From Thermodesulfobacteriota bacterium (GTDB lineage Bacteria; Desulfobacterota_D; UBA1144; Nemesobacterales; Nemesobacteraceae): a stretch of DNA of 64,000 bases. Under the pieces are notes generated by a model. That model was not told where the DNA came from, ran no database searches, and saw nothing but the letters and a program-made list of their open reading frames with translations. The DNA lies in contig OY763921.1 of assembly GCA_963667625.1 (NCBI GenBank), positions 325,778 through 389,777 of the forward strand, given 5' to 3'. Numbering within the stretch: the first letter of the stretch is position 1; every line of letters begins with the position of its first letter. Both the position numbers and the translations under genes were made by a program. Positions 18,557 through 28,549 of this stretch are shown one piece after another.

Positions 18557-19891
18557 ATGGTCCGTTCGTTTGAAAAAAAGATGTCTCACGTAACAGAACT
18601 CTACAAGATGGTTTCAAATTTCCATGTTCCCGGTTCCGGTGATACGGACTCGGGTGTTCCGGAATTCGGCTTCTCTCCCGAAGTAGTTCTCTATCCCGAA
18701 AGCGTCGAGGAGATATCCCGGGTTCTCGGGTTTGCTTCGCAGAAGGGCATCCGTGTTTTTCCTTTTGCGGGGGGCACCAAGCTTTTTCTTGGCAATCCGG
18801 TCTGTTCGGTCGGCGCGGCGCTTTCACTCAAGCGTCTTGGCAGGGTCCTGTTTCACGAGCCTTCCGACATGGTTTCCACGGTCGAATGCGGGATGGAGGT
18901 GAGGGAGTTTCAGAAAGCCGTCGGGCGTGAAAACCAACTTTTTCCCGTGGATCCGCCGGGTCTTAACTCCGGAGCCACTGTGGGGGGACTTGTGTCGACA
19001 AATCTTTGCGGTCCAATGAGTACCAGATACGGTACGTGCAGGGAGCTTATCTTGGGAATCAGGGCCGTGAGAGCTGATGGTGAGATCATAAACTTGGGAG
19101 GAAAAGTGGTTAAAAACGTAGCGGGTTATGATATTCCTAAACTTATGGCAGGTTCGCTCGGAACCCTGTGCGTCTTAGTAGAAGCGACTTTCAGGTTATA
19201 CCCACGCCAACCCTCTTCAAGAACCCTGGTTCTGGGTTTTGACAACCATGTTTCCTGTTCCCAGGCGGCTAGAGCGATATTTGCTGCGGATGTTGTTCCC
19301 ACATGCTTTGAAATACTTGACGAGAGACTCTCGTCGGAATTTTCGGCTGCACCGGGGGCTAAAAGAAGCGTCCTGCTTAAATTCGACAGCTTCGAAGAGG
19401 CGATGATCGAGCAGATAAAACAGGTGAGGGAGATAACCTCTGGAAAATCTGCCTCTTTCGTCGAGATGGGCGATGAGGATTCACGGGAGTTATGGGATTC
19501 GGCTAGGGAATTCCCGTTTTTGTCCGGGGCAAGTTTTTCCTCGAAGCTGACTCTCCCCGTAACTGCTTCAATCGAGATTCTCTCCGATATTGAGAGCAAT
19601 CCTGCACTCTCGGGAGTCACAGTGCGCTGCCTTTCAAGGCCCGCTAGGGGGGTTGCGCTTGTTTCGGTAAGCGGTGAGGGTGAAGAGGCGGTCATAGCGG
19701 CACGTTTTCTTGAAAATCTTGCCGATTCGCTCGGGGGCCGTATCATGTTCTCCGGGGTCCGTCGCGAACTCAGGGAGAGGGTAAAAGCGTGGGGAGATTT
19801 CGGAGATGCGCTTTTTCTTATGAAGAACATCAAACGGCGTTTTGATCCGGGAAACATTTTGCCCGGCGAAAAAATATTCGATGCAGACTGA
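18557..19891 (+). CDS. glcE: FAD-binding oxidoreductase, GlcE-like subunit
   Basis: Second FAD-binding PCMH-type protein (VFPFAGGTKLFLGNP) lying between the glcD-like and glcF-like genes. Confidence 0.6.
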   Translation: MVRSFEKKMSHVTELYKMVSNFHVPGSGDTDSGVPEFGFSPEVVLYPESVEEISRVLGFASQKGIRVFPFAGGTKLFLGNPVCSVGAALSLKRLGRVLFHEPSDMVSTVECGMEVREFQKAVGRENQLFPVDPPGLNSGATVGGLVSTNLCGPMSTRYGTCRELILGIRAVRADGEIINLGGKVVKNVAGYDIPKLMAGSLGTLCVLVEATFRLYPRQPSSRTLVLGFDNHVSCSQAARAIFAADVVPTCFEILDERLSSEFSAAPGAKRSVLLKFDSFEEAMIEQIKQVREITSGKSASFVEMGDEDSRELWDSAREFPFLSGASFSSKLTLPVTASIEILSDIESNPALSGVTVRCLSRPARGVALVSVSGEGEEAVIAARFLENLADSLGGRIMFSGVRRELRERVKAWGDFGDALFLMKNIKRRFDPGNILPGEKIFDAD

Positions 19892-19902
19892 GGATACGGA
19901 TT

Positions 19903-20697
19903 ATGATAAGAAGGGAATCTGGTGAGGGATGGACTCTCATAACGCAGCCAAGCCACGCTTTTCTTTCTTCAAGAATAATGAATTTCTGGGGGAATGAGGA
20001 TTTCGAGACTATCACTCCCAGAGACGAAGTAATGCTGGCAATAAAGGAACATGACTGCGGATGGGAGAAAACGGATTCCGCGGTCGATCTGAACCCGAGA
20101 AACGGCCATCCGAGAAATTTTATGGAGATGCGGCCTGAAAGCCAGTTTGAGATCTGGTCTGAGTGTTTCGAAAGACATGTAGGCGAGTATCCATACGCCT
20201 GCGCTCTAATAGCGCTTCACTTCTCCGAGCTTAATGAGAGGACTATATCCAAAGATCCGGACAACAAAGCGGCCGTTTCGCTTAGAGAGAAAATCGGGGA
20301 ATTCCTGCACCGAAGCCTCGGGATCAGGGTAGGAGAGGGAAACCCGGACGGATACCTTTCCGCTGATATCCGGACTAACCTCAGGTTTCTTCAGGTGGGC
20401 GACATGATATCTCTCGCTCTTTGCCACGGATCAAGGTCGGTCACTATTCCGGACGTTCCGATTAATTACCTTGGAGACACGGTGGAGATAGCCCTGTCAT
20501 CGGAAGACGGGCTTAACTATACGGTCTGCCCAAATCCTTTTTCTCGAGACTCTCTTTACTTTGATATATCCGGCAGAAAACTTGGGAAAAAATCGTTTGA
20601 TGCCCAAGCGGAACTCAAAGAGGCTTTCCATAGCGCAGGTTTCGAGACTTTCGATTTTTCGATTTCTTCGGGAGCGGAGGGACGCAATGTCGCTTGA
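19903..20697 (+). CDS. Hypothetical protein (possibly DUF3891-like) within the glc cluster
   Basis: 264 aa, no recognisable catalytic motif. It overlaps the extended glcF ORF, so glcF is taken to start at 20687. Confidence 0.45.
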   Translation: MIRRESGEGWTLITQPSHAFLSSRIMNFWGNEDFETITPRDEVMLAIKEHDCGWEKTDSAVDLNPRNGHPRNFMEMRPESQFEIWSECFERHVGEYPYACALIALHFSELNERTISKDPDNKAAVSLREKIGEFLHRSLGIRVGEGNPDGYLSADIRTNLRFLQVGDMISLALCHGSRSVTIPDVPINYLGDTVEIALSSEDGLNYTVCPNPFSRDSLYFDISGRKLGKKSFDAQAELKEAFHSAGFETFDFSISSGAEGRNVA

Positions 20698-21982
20698 GAC
20701 AGCTTTTGACAATACGGACCGGCCGAGCAGGAAGATAATACAGGACTGCGTTCATTGCGGTTTTTGCCTTTCATCCTGTCCTACCTACCTGGAGACCGGA
20801 AACGAGCTTGATTCTCCAAGGGGAAGAATCCATCTGATAAAAGCCGCGGAGGAGGGAAGAATCCCGATGGGCGAGTCGCTTGTAAAGCATCTTGACCTGT
20901 GTCTTGGGTGTCTTGCCTGTGAAACCGCATGTCCCTCGGGGGTCAAGTATGGAAGTCTGATAGAGATGTCGAGGGCACAGATCGAAAGGAGGTTCAAGAG
21001 GGGACTGGGGGAGAAAATTCTCAGGGCCTTCATCTTCAAAATCTTTCCCTATCCGCAAAAGCTGAGGCTTCTTCTGCCGTTTGTCTACCTGATAAAAACA
21101 CTTGGCCTGAAGAGGGTTTTCCCGCCGTGGCTTCTTAACAGAATAAGTCCCTCGGCTTCTTCCATGTTCCATATGCTGCCCGAGGTCAGTTCCGCTTTCG
21201 GGGAGACTCTTTCGGCTTTTTATCCGGCAATTGGAGAGAGAAAAAAGAAAGTTGCCCTTCTAAGCGGGTGCGTTCAGAGGGTTTTCTTCCCGGAAATAAA
21301 CAGGGCGACGGTCGAAGTGCTTCGCGCAAGCGGTTGCGAAGTTTTTGTTCCCAAGAATCAGGGATGTTGCGGGGCCCTTTCTGTTCACTCAGGAAGGCTT
21401 GAGGAGGGAAGGGAATTCGCAAGAAAACTGGTGGCCCTTTTCGCCACCTTAAACGTAGATGCCATAGTCGTCAATTCTGCCGGATGCGGTTCCACTATGA
21501 AGGAATACGCCGAGATCCTGCGCGGGGATCCGGTTTACTCCGAAGCCGCAGCGCAGCTCTCAGCGAAAACCGTGGACGTCATGGAATTTCTTTCGGATGC
21601 GGAAATAGGGGAGTCACTGCACCCTCTTGATATAAAGATCACTTATCAGGACGCGTGCCATATTGTTCACGGACAGGGGATACGCTCCGCTCCAAGAGAA
21701 CTTCTGAGAAGTATCCCGGGACTGGAACTCGTCGAAATGCAGCGGTCGGATCACTGCTGCGGAAGCGCCGGGATATATAATATCGTGCAGACGGAAATGT
21801 CTGCCAAACTTCTTTCGGGGAAAATAAGCGAGATAGGGAAAACCGGCGCCAATTACCTGGCCGTCGGGAATCCCGGGTGCATGATACAAATCCGCAAGGG
21901 ACTGCTTGGTTCAGATTCCAAAACCAAGGTTGTGCATCCAGTAGAAATTCTCAACTGGTCGCTGAGAGGCAGCATCAACTAG
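20687..21982 (+). CDS. glcF: (Fe-S)-binding glycolate oxidase subunit GlcF-like (two ferredoxin Cys clusters + CCG domains)
   Basis: Start at ATG 20687 (MSLETAF) behind GGAGCGGAGGGA. Contains CVHCGFCLSSCPTY and CLGCLACETACPSG 4Fe-4S motifs and C-terminal CCG-type Cys motifs. Confidence 0.8.
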   Translation: MSLETAFDNTDRPSRKIIQDCVHCGFCLSSCPTYLETGNELDSPRGRIHLIKAAEEGRIPMGESLVKHLDLCLGCLACETACPSGVKYGSLIEMSRAQIERRFKRGLGEKILRAFIFKIFPYPQKLRLLLPFVYLIKTLGLKRVFPPWLLNRISPSASSMFHMLPEVSSAFGETLSAFYPAIGERKKKVALLSGCVQRVFFPEINRATVEVLRASGCEVFVPKNQGCCGALSVHSGRLEEGREFARKLVALFATLNVDAIVVNSAGCGSTMKEYAEILRGDPVYSEAAAQLSAKTVDVMEFLSDAEIGESLHPLDIKITYQDACHIVHGQGIRSAPRELLRSIPGLELVEMQRSDHCCGSAGIYNIVQTEMSAKLLSGKISEIGKTGANYLAVGNPGCMIQIRKGLLGSDSKTKVVHPVEILNWSLRGSIN

Positions 21983-22001
21983 ATGGATTGTGGAGACAGT
22001 T

Positions 22002-22298
22002 CTAGCCTAGCACAGAGTCCTTGCAGGCTTTCGCCACACGAAACTTCAGGACTTTTCTTGCAGGTATGCTGATTTCTTCGCCAGTGGCAGGATTTCTCCC
22101 CATTCTGGCACTGCGATTGCTGATAACCAGTTTGCCGATTCCAGGAATCGTGAATTCTCCTTTTTCCTTTACCTCTTCACATGCAATTGACGCTATAGCA
22201 TCAATAACGGTTTTGGCTGTCGCCTTGGTTATTCCCGCCTTCTCTGCCAAGCTGCTTGAAAGCTGGGATTTTGTTAAAGGTTTTCCGTTCACTAACAT
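22002..22298 (-). CDS. HU-family DNA-binding protein
   Basis: 98 aa; ...GEFTIPGIGKLVISNRSARMGRNPATGEEISIPARKVLKFRVAK is the typical HU/IHF arm. Confidence 0.85.
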   Translation of the reverse strand: MLVNGKPLTKSQLSSSLAEKAGITKATAKTVIDAIASIACEEVKEKGEFTIPGIGKLVISNRSARMGRNPATGEEISIPARKVLKFRVAKACKDSVLG

Positions 22299-22435
22299 CC
22301 TCCTTAAAATCTCTTAATAATTATCGGGTTATTCTGGCTAAAAGTCAATCTGTTTTGCCGGTTGTTGCTAAATCGCCGGATTCTCAATATTGTTAAGAAT
22401 GTTTTTCTTATTGAAGCTTTTGTAGGTGGAAATAG

Positions 22436-23575
22436 ATGAGATCTTGGTTCAGGGAAAGAAAAATGAAGAGCTGGTTGACTCTGGCTTTAGTATTTCTTGG
22501 TTTCCTTTTGGTTCTTTTTCTTCTGTACGCAAGGTTTCTTCAAGAAAGGGAATCGAGTGCACAGCATCACTCTGAAGATAACGTCTACAGGCCCATAAAG
22601 GTGATGACGCCTGTAGCGTCCTCAGGTTCAGTTTACACCGAAGTTCTCGGAAGAGTCCGTGGCAAGCAGACCGTCTTGGTCCGAACGACTGTTTCGGGAT
22701 GGGTAAAGCGGATAGATTCCGGCCGAGGTCAGGAGATCGAAAAGGACGGAATTATCCTCGAACTCTACGATTACCGCGTGGAAACGCGGCTTGACGAGGC
22801 AAAGTACAATCTTGAATCCGCCAAGGGGAAGCTTGCCGAGGCTGAAAGGGTATACCGCAGGAACGAGGCTCTTTTTGAGAAGGGAATAGTCTCTGAGGAT
22901 GAAACCGAAGCGTCGCGAAACCTTCTTGAAACCGCCTCGGCCGGCGTAAAGGCACTTGAAGCTTCTTACAAAAGGGCCAAGTGGAATTACGAAAACCTCA
23001 AGATTCGTTCCCCTATCCAAGGCCAGATTGTTGAAATCGTTCCCGACGTCGGACAGGAGACAAGAAACGGGGATGTGGTAGCCAAAGTCGTTAATCTAAG
23101 CGGCAGGAAAGTCATAGCCGGCGTGGATGTGTCCGTTGCCAGGAGTGTCAAACGGGGAGATGCTCTTGAGGTATCACTTACAAGAGACGGAACGGTGGAA
23201 ACCGTCGCGGGCGAGGTTGACGGCGTGAGTCCGGGTTCTGATGATTTCTCGGGCACCTACGATATCGAGATTGCCATATCTGATCCCTTTGTAAAATGGT
23301 GGCCGGGGGAAATGGTTTCCGTGAAAATACCGCTCCAGACGCTTGATAATGTCGTCAGAATCCCCAAAACGGCTGTCTTGTCCGACAATAAAGAAAATTT
23401 CTCTTTCGTGCTGGTTGAAAAAAACGGAGAAGTTCTCAAGGCTAAAGTGGCGCCCACGTGGATAGACGATAATTCGGCCTACATATCCTTTGATTCGCTT
23501 CCCCCAGCTTCAAGAATAATAACCGAGGGGAACTTCGGCCTCCTTCCCGGTCAGCCGGTAAGGGTTGTCGACTGA
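22436..23575 (+). CDS. Efflux RND/HlyD-family periplasmic adaptor (membrane fusion protein)
   Basis: N-terminal TM segment, coiled-coil region, biotin-lipoyl-like and beta-barrel segments (IRSPIQGQIVEI). Confidence 0.7.
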   Translation: MRSWFRERKMKSWLTLALVFLGFLLVLFLLYARFLQERESSAQHHSEDNVYRPIKVMTPVASSGSVYTEVLGRVRGKQTVLVRTTVSGWVKRIDSGRGQEIEKDGIILELYDYRVETRLDEAKYNLESAKGKLAEAERVYRRNEALFEKGIVSEDETEASRNLLETASAGVKALEASYKRAKWNYENLKIRSPIQGQIVEIVPDVGQETRNGDVVAKVVNLSGRKVIAGVDVSVARSVKRGDALEVSLTRDGTVETVAGEVDGVSPGSDDFSGTYDIEIAISDPFVKWWPGEMVSVKIPLQTLDNVVRIPKTAVLSDNKENFSFVLVEKNGEVLKAKVAPTWIDDNSAYISFDSLPPASRIITEGNFGLLPGQPVRVVD

Positions 23576-23602
23576 TTTTCCACCTCTCTGGGGTGTCTGG
23601 GT

Positions 23603-24766
23603 TCAGCAGGGGTTACTTCTGAGAAATTCGCATTTCTCCCGGACAATCTCTGTCGCCTTTTGTATCTCCTCGAAGGTGTTCTCCGGGCAGAAGCTGAATC
23701 TTATGCTTGAATATGCATGCTGTTCATCCAGTCCCATGGCGGTCAGAACGTAGGATGGCGTAACGTCGAAATTCGTGCACGCAGAACTCTGGGAACACCT
23801 TATTCCAGCCTCGTCAAGAAGGGAGACTAGTTCTCTTCCGTCAGTTCCGCCGAAATGGATATTGGTGGTGTTGCATACTCTTTCCCCGCCGCCACCGTTA
23901 ACCGAGGTGTCCGGGATGGATTCAATTATTGTTTTCTCGAACCGGTCGCGAAGGTCTTTCATCTTTCCTGTGGCCTGCTTAAGCCTTGTGCACCTTATCT
24001 CGCAGGCGGTCCCGAAGCCTGCTACGCCTGGAAGGTTCTCAGTCCCGGGACGAAACCCTTCCTCCTGGAATCCTCCAAAAAGGAAAGGATTCACAAGCAG
24101 CCTGTCTTTTGCGTAGAGAACCGCGGCACCCTGAGGACCGCTGATTTTATGAGCTGTGAAAGAGAGAAAATCCACGTGAAGCTTCGCAAGGTCCACCTCA
24201 AGCTTCCCTACGGCTTGGGCAGCGTCGGTATGGAGAAGCACTCCGTTTTTCCTGCAGACCTCGGAAATGCTCGCCATATCCTGTATAACTCCGGTCTCGT
24301 TGTTAACCCACTGCACGGAAACGAGGTCGGTTTTCTCGGAAATCGCGTTTTCGAGTCTTCGGATGTCAAGAACCCCCTGTCTATCCACCTCGAGCATTTC
24401 GACGTGCACGTCGTTTAGTTCGAGGAAATTGCACATCTTCATTATCGAGGAATGCTCTACTTGGGTTGTGACAACGCGCGGCTTCTCTTTTTTCCTCGTG
24501 CAGGAATAAAAAACCATGTTGTTTGATTCCGTGCCGGAACTTGTGAATATGAGGTCTTCGGGGGAGCATCCCACAAGATCGGAGGTCCGTTTGCGGGCAA
24601 GCTCCATGCGGCGCCTCGCTCGCTCTCCAGCCGAATGGGCACTTGAGGGATTGCCGAAACCCTCACCCATGGCTTCGTGCATGGCCTCCGTTACTTCGGG
24701 AAGTGGTCTTGTGGTTGCGTTGTTGTCAAAGTAGATTTCGCCGGAAATGTCCTCTGTACACCCCAT
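23603..24766 (-). CDS. Cysteine desulfurase (NifS/IscS-like, class V aminotransferase)
   Basis: PLP-lysine motif SFTAHKISGPQGAAVLY and an N-terminus IYFDNNATTRP. Confidence 0.85.
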   Translation of the reverse strand: MGCTEDISGEIYFDNNATTRPLPEVTEAMHEAMGEGFGNPSSAHSAGERARRRMELARKRTSDLVGCSPEDLIFTSSGTESNNMVFYSCTRKKEKPRVVTTQVEHSSIMKMCNFLELNDVHVEMLEVDRQGVLDIRRLENAISEKTDLVSVQWVNNETGVIQDMASISEVCRKNGVLLHTDAAQAVGKLEVDLAKLHVDFLSFTAHKISGPQGAAVLYAKDRLLVNPFLFGGFQEEGFRPGTENLPGVAGFGTACEIRCTRLKQATGKMKDLRDRFEKTIIESIPDTSVNGGGGERVCNTTNIHFGGTDGRELVSLLDEAGIRCSQSSACTNFDVTPSYVLTAMGLDEQHAYSSIRFSFCPENTFEEIQKATEIVREKCEFLRSNPC

Positions 24767-24795
24767 TGTAAAGCTAATAATACACGATTTTATGG

Positions 24796-25188
24796 CTAAG
24801 GTGTTTCTTCCGGCAGGTCTTCGGGCAGGAGAAGGGTTAAGCAGGGTTCCTCGGAGTCTTTCGTTACCGGGCCCAGACAGGAAATAACCTGAAATTCCCG
24901 ATCTTTTCCGTCTTTGGTAACCGAAGCGGTGAAATCGATCAGGTTGGTTCTCTTCGTCTTTCTGGTCGCTCTTATGGACGACACGAGCGGGGAAAGAATT
25001 TCTTTTAGTCTGGTGTTCTCGTCCTCGCCGCGGGCCGAGGCCTCGGAATCGGGCTCCATCATTTCCTTTTTAAGCGAGGAGGTTACAAATATGCGGATCA
25101 TGAGGCCTGATTCCCTCGCCACGTTGGATACCTCAAACTGCTTTTCGAGTTCAAGGTCGGCCTCTCTCTCCAAACAGAATTTTTCCAT
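24796..25188 (-). CDS. Hypothetical protein
   Basis: 130 aa ORF with an upstream AGAGGGAGAG RBS; no recognisable motif. Confidence 0.4.
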   Translation of the reverse strand: MEKFCLEREADLELEKQFEVSNVARESGLMIRIFVTSSLKKEMMEPDSEASARGEDENTRLKEILSPLVSSIRATRKTKRTNLIDFTASVTKDGKDREFQVISCLGPVTKDSEEPCLTLLLPEDLPEETP

Positions 25189-25274
25189 TTCTCTCCCTCT
25201 TGATATCGGTAATATATACTAGATGGTTTAGCTGTATATACAAAACGCCGTTGCGGCATCGGGAGAGTTTCCGC

Positions 25275-26054
25275 ATGGACAAGACTGGAGAGATAAGATT
25301 TGTTCCCTTGAGGGGAATTCCGGAAGTGAGGGAGGGGGACAGTCTCGGGGAGATGATTCTGCGCGCCGCCGGCGACGGTGAGGGATTTTCGTTTCTCGAC
25401 GGGGATATAGTCGTAATTGCGCAGAAAGTGGTCTCAAAGGCCGAAGGCAGGGTAGTTAATCTTTCCCAGGTGGAACCTTCGGGTTTTGCGGTTACGGTCT
25501 CCGAGGAGGTTTCAAAGGATCCGAGGCTCGTGGAAGTGATTCTGGGTGAAACTAGGAGAATCGTGAAAATGGACGAGAGAGAAACCGGCAAGGGAAGGCT
25601 TATAGTTGAGACGACCGGAGGGCTTGTGCTGGCAAACGCCGGTGTTGATGCTTCGAACGTTTCCGGGGGCGAGGATGTCACACTTCTTCCGCTTGATTCC
25701 GATCGCTCCGCCGGGGTTATAAGGAAACATATAGAACAGGAAACCGGGAAGCACGTAGCTGTCATAATAAGCGATACTGTGGGACGTCCCTGGCGGGAAG
25801 GGCTTACCGACATCGCCATTGGGTGTAGCGGCATGAGGCCACTTTCTGACCGCAGGGGAGAGACCGACACCAAGGGTCTTCTGCTTACGGCAACCGAGAT
25901 GGCGACTGCGGACCAGGTGGCGTGTGCTGCGGGTTTGCTGATGGAGAAAACCGCGGCGCTGCCCGTTGTGATAGCGCGCGGGGTTGACTACATCCGGGGG
26001 GAAGGAAGTTCGGATGAACTGATCAGAGATCCGGCCCATGACCTGTTCAGGTAA
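25275..26054 (+). CDS. cofE: Coenzyme F420-0:L-glutamate ligase (CofE family)
   Basis: Start at ATG 25275 (MDKTGEIRFVPL). Carries the CofE-family pattern GDIVVIAQKVVSKAEGR ... GLVLANAGVDASNV. Confidence 0.7.
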   Translation: MDKTGEIRFVPLRGIPEVREGDSLGEMILRAAGDGEGFSFLDGDIVVIAQKVVSKAEGRVVNLSQVEPSGFAVTVSEEVSKDPRLVEVILGETRRIVKMDERETGKGRLIVETTGGLVLANAGVDASNVSGGEDVTLLPLDSDRSAGVIRKHIEQETGKHVAVIISDTVGRPWREGLTDIAIGCSGMRPLSDRRGETDTKGLLLTATEMATADQVACAAGLLMEKTAALPVVIARGVDYIRGEGSSDELIRDPAHDLFR

Positions 26055-26068
26055 TTTCCTCGAATTCC

Positions 26069-26752
26069 ATGAAAGATTTTTTCGAAAAAAACTTCCTCCT
26101 CATCTCTCACCGTGGCGCGAGTCATTACGAACCGGAAAATACTCTTCGCTCTTTCCGCAGGGCCCTGGACATGGGGGCTGGGGTGATAGAGTTCGATGTG
26201 AGGAAAAGTCTTGACGGCCGCTTGGTCGTCATCCACGATCGGACGGTCGACAGGACCACGGATGGCAAAGGAGCCGTTTCGGGGAAGACGCTTTCTGAAC
26301 TCAGGTCTCTTGACGCCGGTTGCGGGGAGCGGATACCGACTCTTGAAGAGGTCTTTGAGAATTTCGGGGGGCGTTGCAGACTCGTAGTTGAGCTTAAGGA
26401 GAGGGGCACCGAAGAGGAAACGGTCTCGCTTATAAAAAAACATGGTCTCACCACAGAAGTCGCGGTGGTTTCTTTCCGCGGAGACTGTATTCGCTCGGTA
26501 AGGGCGCTTGATTCCGCCATCCCCACGGGACTTATTACGGTTTTCGGCTTCGGGTGCGTGAAGAAGGCTCTTTCGCTGGGTTGCCGGGTAGTTGCTGCGA
26601 ATCACCGTTTTATGACGCGTCGGCTTGTTTCGCAAGCACGGGAAACCGGTCTTTTTGTATGCTGCTGGACAGTTAATGACCCGAAGCGAGCCGAAAAACT
26701 GGCGGGGATGGGCCTTAACGGGGTAATTACAGACAAGCCCGACCTGCTCTGA
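26069..26752 (+). CDS. Glycerophosphodiester phosphodiesterase
   Basis: GDPD motifs HRGASHYEPENTL and EFDVRKSLDGRLVVIHD. Confidence 0.85.
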   Translation: MKDFFEKNFLLISHRGASHYEPENTLRSFRRALDMGAGVIEFDVRKSLDGRLVVIHDRTVDRTTDGKGAVSGKTLSELRSLDAGCGERIPTLEEVFENFGGRCRLVVELKERGTEEETVSLIKKHGLTTEVAVVSFRGDCIRSVRALDSAIPTGLITVFGFGCVKKALSLGCRVVAANHRFMTRRLVSQARETGLFVCCWTVNDPKRAEKLAGMGLNGVITDKPDLL

Positions 26753-26824
26753 AGCCTGCTTGCGGCTGCGCGTTGCCGTGATTTACGCAGTCAATCGGTT
26801 ATTATCCGGTACCAGATATGCTGT

Positions 26825-28009
26825 TTGACTAACGGTGAGGAAATGCCGCCTGACTCCATAAGTTCCATATATCTTGACTATAACGCGACCACGCCCCTTG
26901 ACCCGCGCGTTCTGGAAGAGATGACTTCCTATTTCGCCGAGAACTACGGGAACCCTTCCAGCATTCATTCTCCCGGAAGCGTCGCGCGTGCGGCGGTTGA
27001 TTCCGCCCGGGAAAGAGTATCGGATTATCTCGGAGCGAGGCCGGGAGAGATAGTTTTTACTTCCGGGGGCAGCGAAAGCAACAATTTCGCCATAAAAGGC
27101 CTTGCCTACGCCCTCTCCGACAGAGGAAACCACTTGGTTACGACCGCAGTCGAGCACGCATCGTGTCTTGAGACGTTCAGGTTTTTTGAGCGCAGCGGTT
27201 TCGAGGTCACTTACCTTCCGGTAGATTCCTTCGGTCTGGTTTCCCCCGAGCAGTTCCGAGAAGCGATTACCGAGCGCACGATTCTTGTCTCCTGTATGTA
27301 CGTGAATAACGAGACCGGGGTTATAAGCCCGATTCGCAACATAGGAGAAATTGCCCGCGAGAGAGGAGTGGTTTTCCATACAGATGCGGTCCAGGCCCTG
27401 GGGAAAATGGAAATCAACCTTGCTGATCTGCCGGTGGATATGGCGTCTTTTTCCTCTCACAAGATTTGCGGTCCCAAGGGGGCGGGCGCTCTTTACGTAA
27501 GAAAAGGAATCGGCCTTGAGCCTTTTGTGCACGGCGGGGGGCAGGAGAGGGGAAAGAGATCGGGAACGGAGAACGTGGCGGCCGTCTGCGGATTCGGTTA
27601 CGCGTGCGAGCTTCTCTGTGCGGAGCTTGAGACGGAAAACGAAAGACTGGGGAAGCTGCGCGACCGTCTTTTCGAAGAGCTTTCCCGGAGGGTAGGGGAT
27701 GTTTACCTGAACGGACATCCCGACGCGAGAGTCTCAAATACCCTTAACGTTGGCTTTCCCGGCACTCCGGGCGACTCCGTGGTGATGAATCTCGATACCG
27801 CAGGCGTAGCGGTTTCAACTGGTTCCGCCTGCTCCGAGGGAAACGTCGATCCTTCCCACGTGTTGATTGCTATGGGACTCAAAGAACAGGAAGCGCTTTG
27901 CTCGGTCAGGTTCAGCTTCGGTCGTTTTACCCGTTCGGAAGAAATTGACAGAGTGATCGAGCTTCTTCCCGCCATAGTGGAGAGAATAAGGACGCTTCAG
28001 GATTTCTGA
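26825..28009 (+). CDS. Cysteine desulfurase (NifS/IscS-like), second paralog
   Basis: SFSSHKICGPKGAGALYVRKG PLP-Lys motif and N-terminus IYLDYNATTPLDP. Confidence 0.85.
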   Translation: MTNGEEMPPDSISSIYLDYNATTPLDPRVLEEMTSYFAENYGNPSSIHSPGSVARAAVDSARERVSDYLGARPGEIVFTSGGSESNNFAIKGLAYALSDRGNHLVTTAVEHASCLETFRFFERSGFEVTYLPVDSFGLVSPEQFREAITERTILVSCMYVNNETGVISPIRNIGEIARERGVVFHTDAVQALGKMEINLADLPVDMASFSSHKICGPKGAGALYVRKGIGLEPFVHGGGQERGKRSGTENVAAVCGFGYACELLCAELETENERLGKLRDRLFEELSRRVGDVYLNGHPDARVSNTLNVGFPGTPGDSVVMNLDTAGVAVSTGSACSEGNVDPSHVLIAMGLKEQEALCSVRFSFGRFTRSEEIDRVIELLPAIVERIRTLQDF

Positions 28010-28173
28010 TGGGATGTCCGGGAACCGCTTGATGGCGAGTTAATCTGCGGAGAAATTTGGCAGAAAGCCAAATTCTGGACCAAAATTATGGTTGGTCGCT
28101 GTAAATTTCCTAAAACCTGCGGTAAAATGGAAGAAGAAGAAAGGACAGCAAGTCAGGAACCAGACCGACGGTT

Positions 28174-28545
28174 TTGTTCCCTGTAGATTTTCCGATGGAA
28201 AAAAACATCAACATATCCATATTTGAAGTTGTCGGGAGTTCCTTATGCGTCGCCTCGGATGATGGACATAAAGTGTACCATCGCCTTGTCGCCGCACTTG
28301 GCAAGAATCTGCATGTCTGCCTGTCTTTCCGCAACATTTCCACGCTCACATCGGCATTTCTCAATACGGCAATAGGCCAGTTGTACGGAGAGTTTGATGA
28401 AAAACGGATTCGGGAACTGCTGAAAGTGGAAGACATCGAACCTGATGACGTAGCGTTGCTCAAGCATGTTGTTGTCAATGCCAAGCAGTACTTTGAGGAT
28501 GAAGCGGCTTTCGGGAAAGCACTTCTGGAAACAACCGAAGATTGA
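28174..28545 (+). CDS. Stand-alone STAS-like protein (DUF4325-like; anti-sigma-antagonist fold)
   Basis: 123 aa from a TTG start (alternative ATG at 28195, MEKNINISIF). SIFEVVGSSLCVASDDGHKVYHRLV ... VCLSFRNISTLTSAFLNTAIGQLYG resembles STAS/DUF4325 (weak, from memory). Lower GC than the flanks. Its stop lies 4 nt before the next gene's ATG. Confidence 0.55.
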   Translation: MFPVDFPMEKNINISIFEVVGSSLCVASDDGHKVYHRLVAALGKNLHVCLSFRNISTLTSAFLNTAIGQLYGEFDEKRIRELLKVEDIEPDDVALLKHVVVNAKQYFEDEAAFGKALLETTED

Positions 28546-28549
28546 AGCA

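Noticed and set aside
20561-20686. Upstream extension of the glcF ORF overlapping the preceding hypothetical gene
   Set aside because: ATG 20687 with a GGAGCGGAGGGA RBS gives a canonical ferredoxin-like N-terminus; the extension would overlap the upstream gene by 137 nt.
26783-27718. 311-aa ORF antisense to the second cysteine desulfurase, and the similar 240-aa ORF at 25151-25873 antisense to cofE
   Set aside because: Fully embedded in strongly supported genes on the opposite strand; no motifs; GC-driven open frames.
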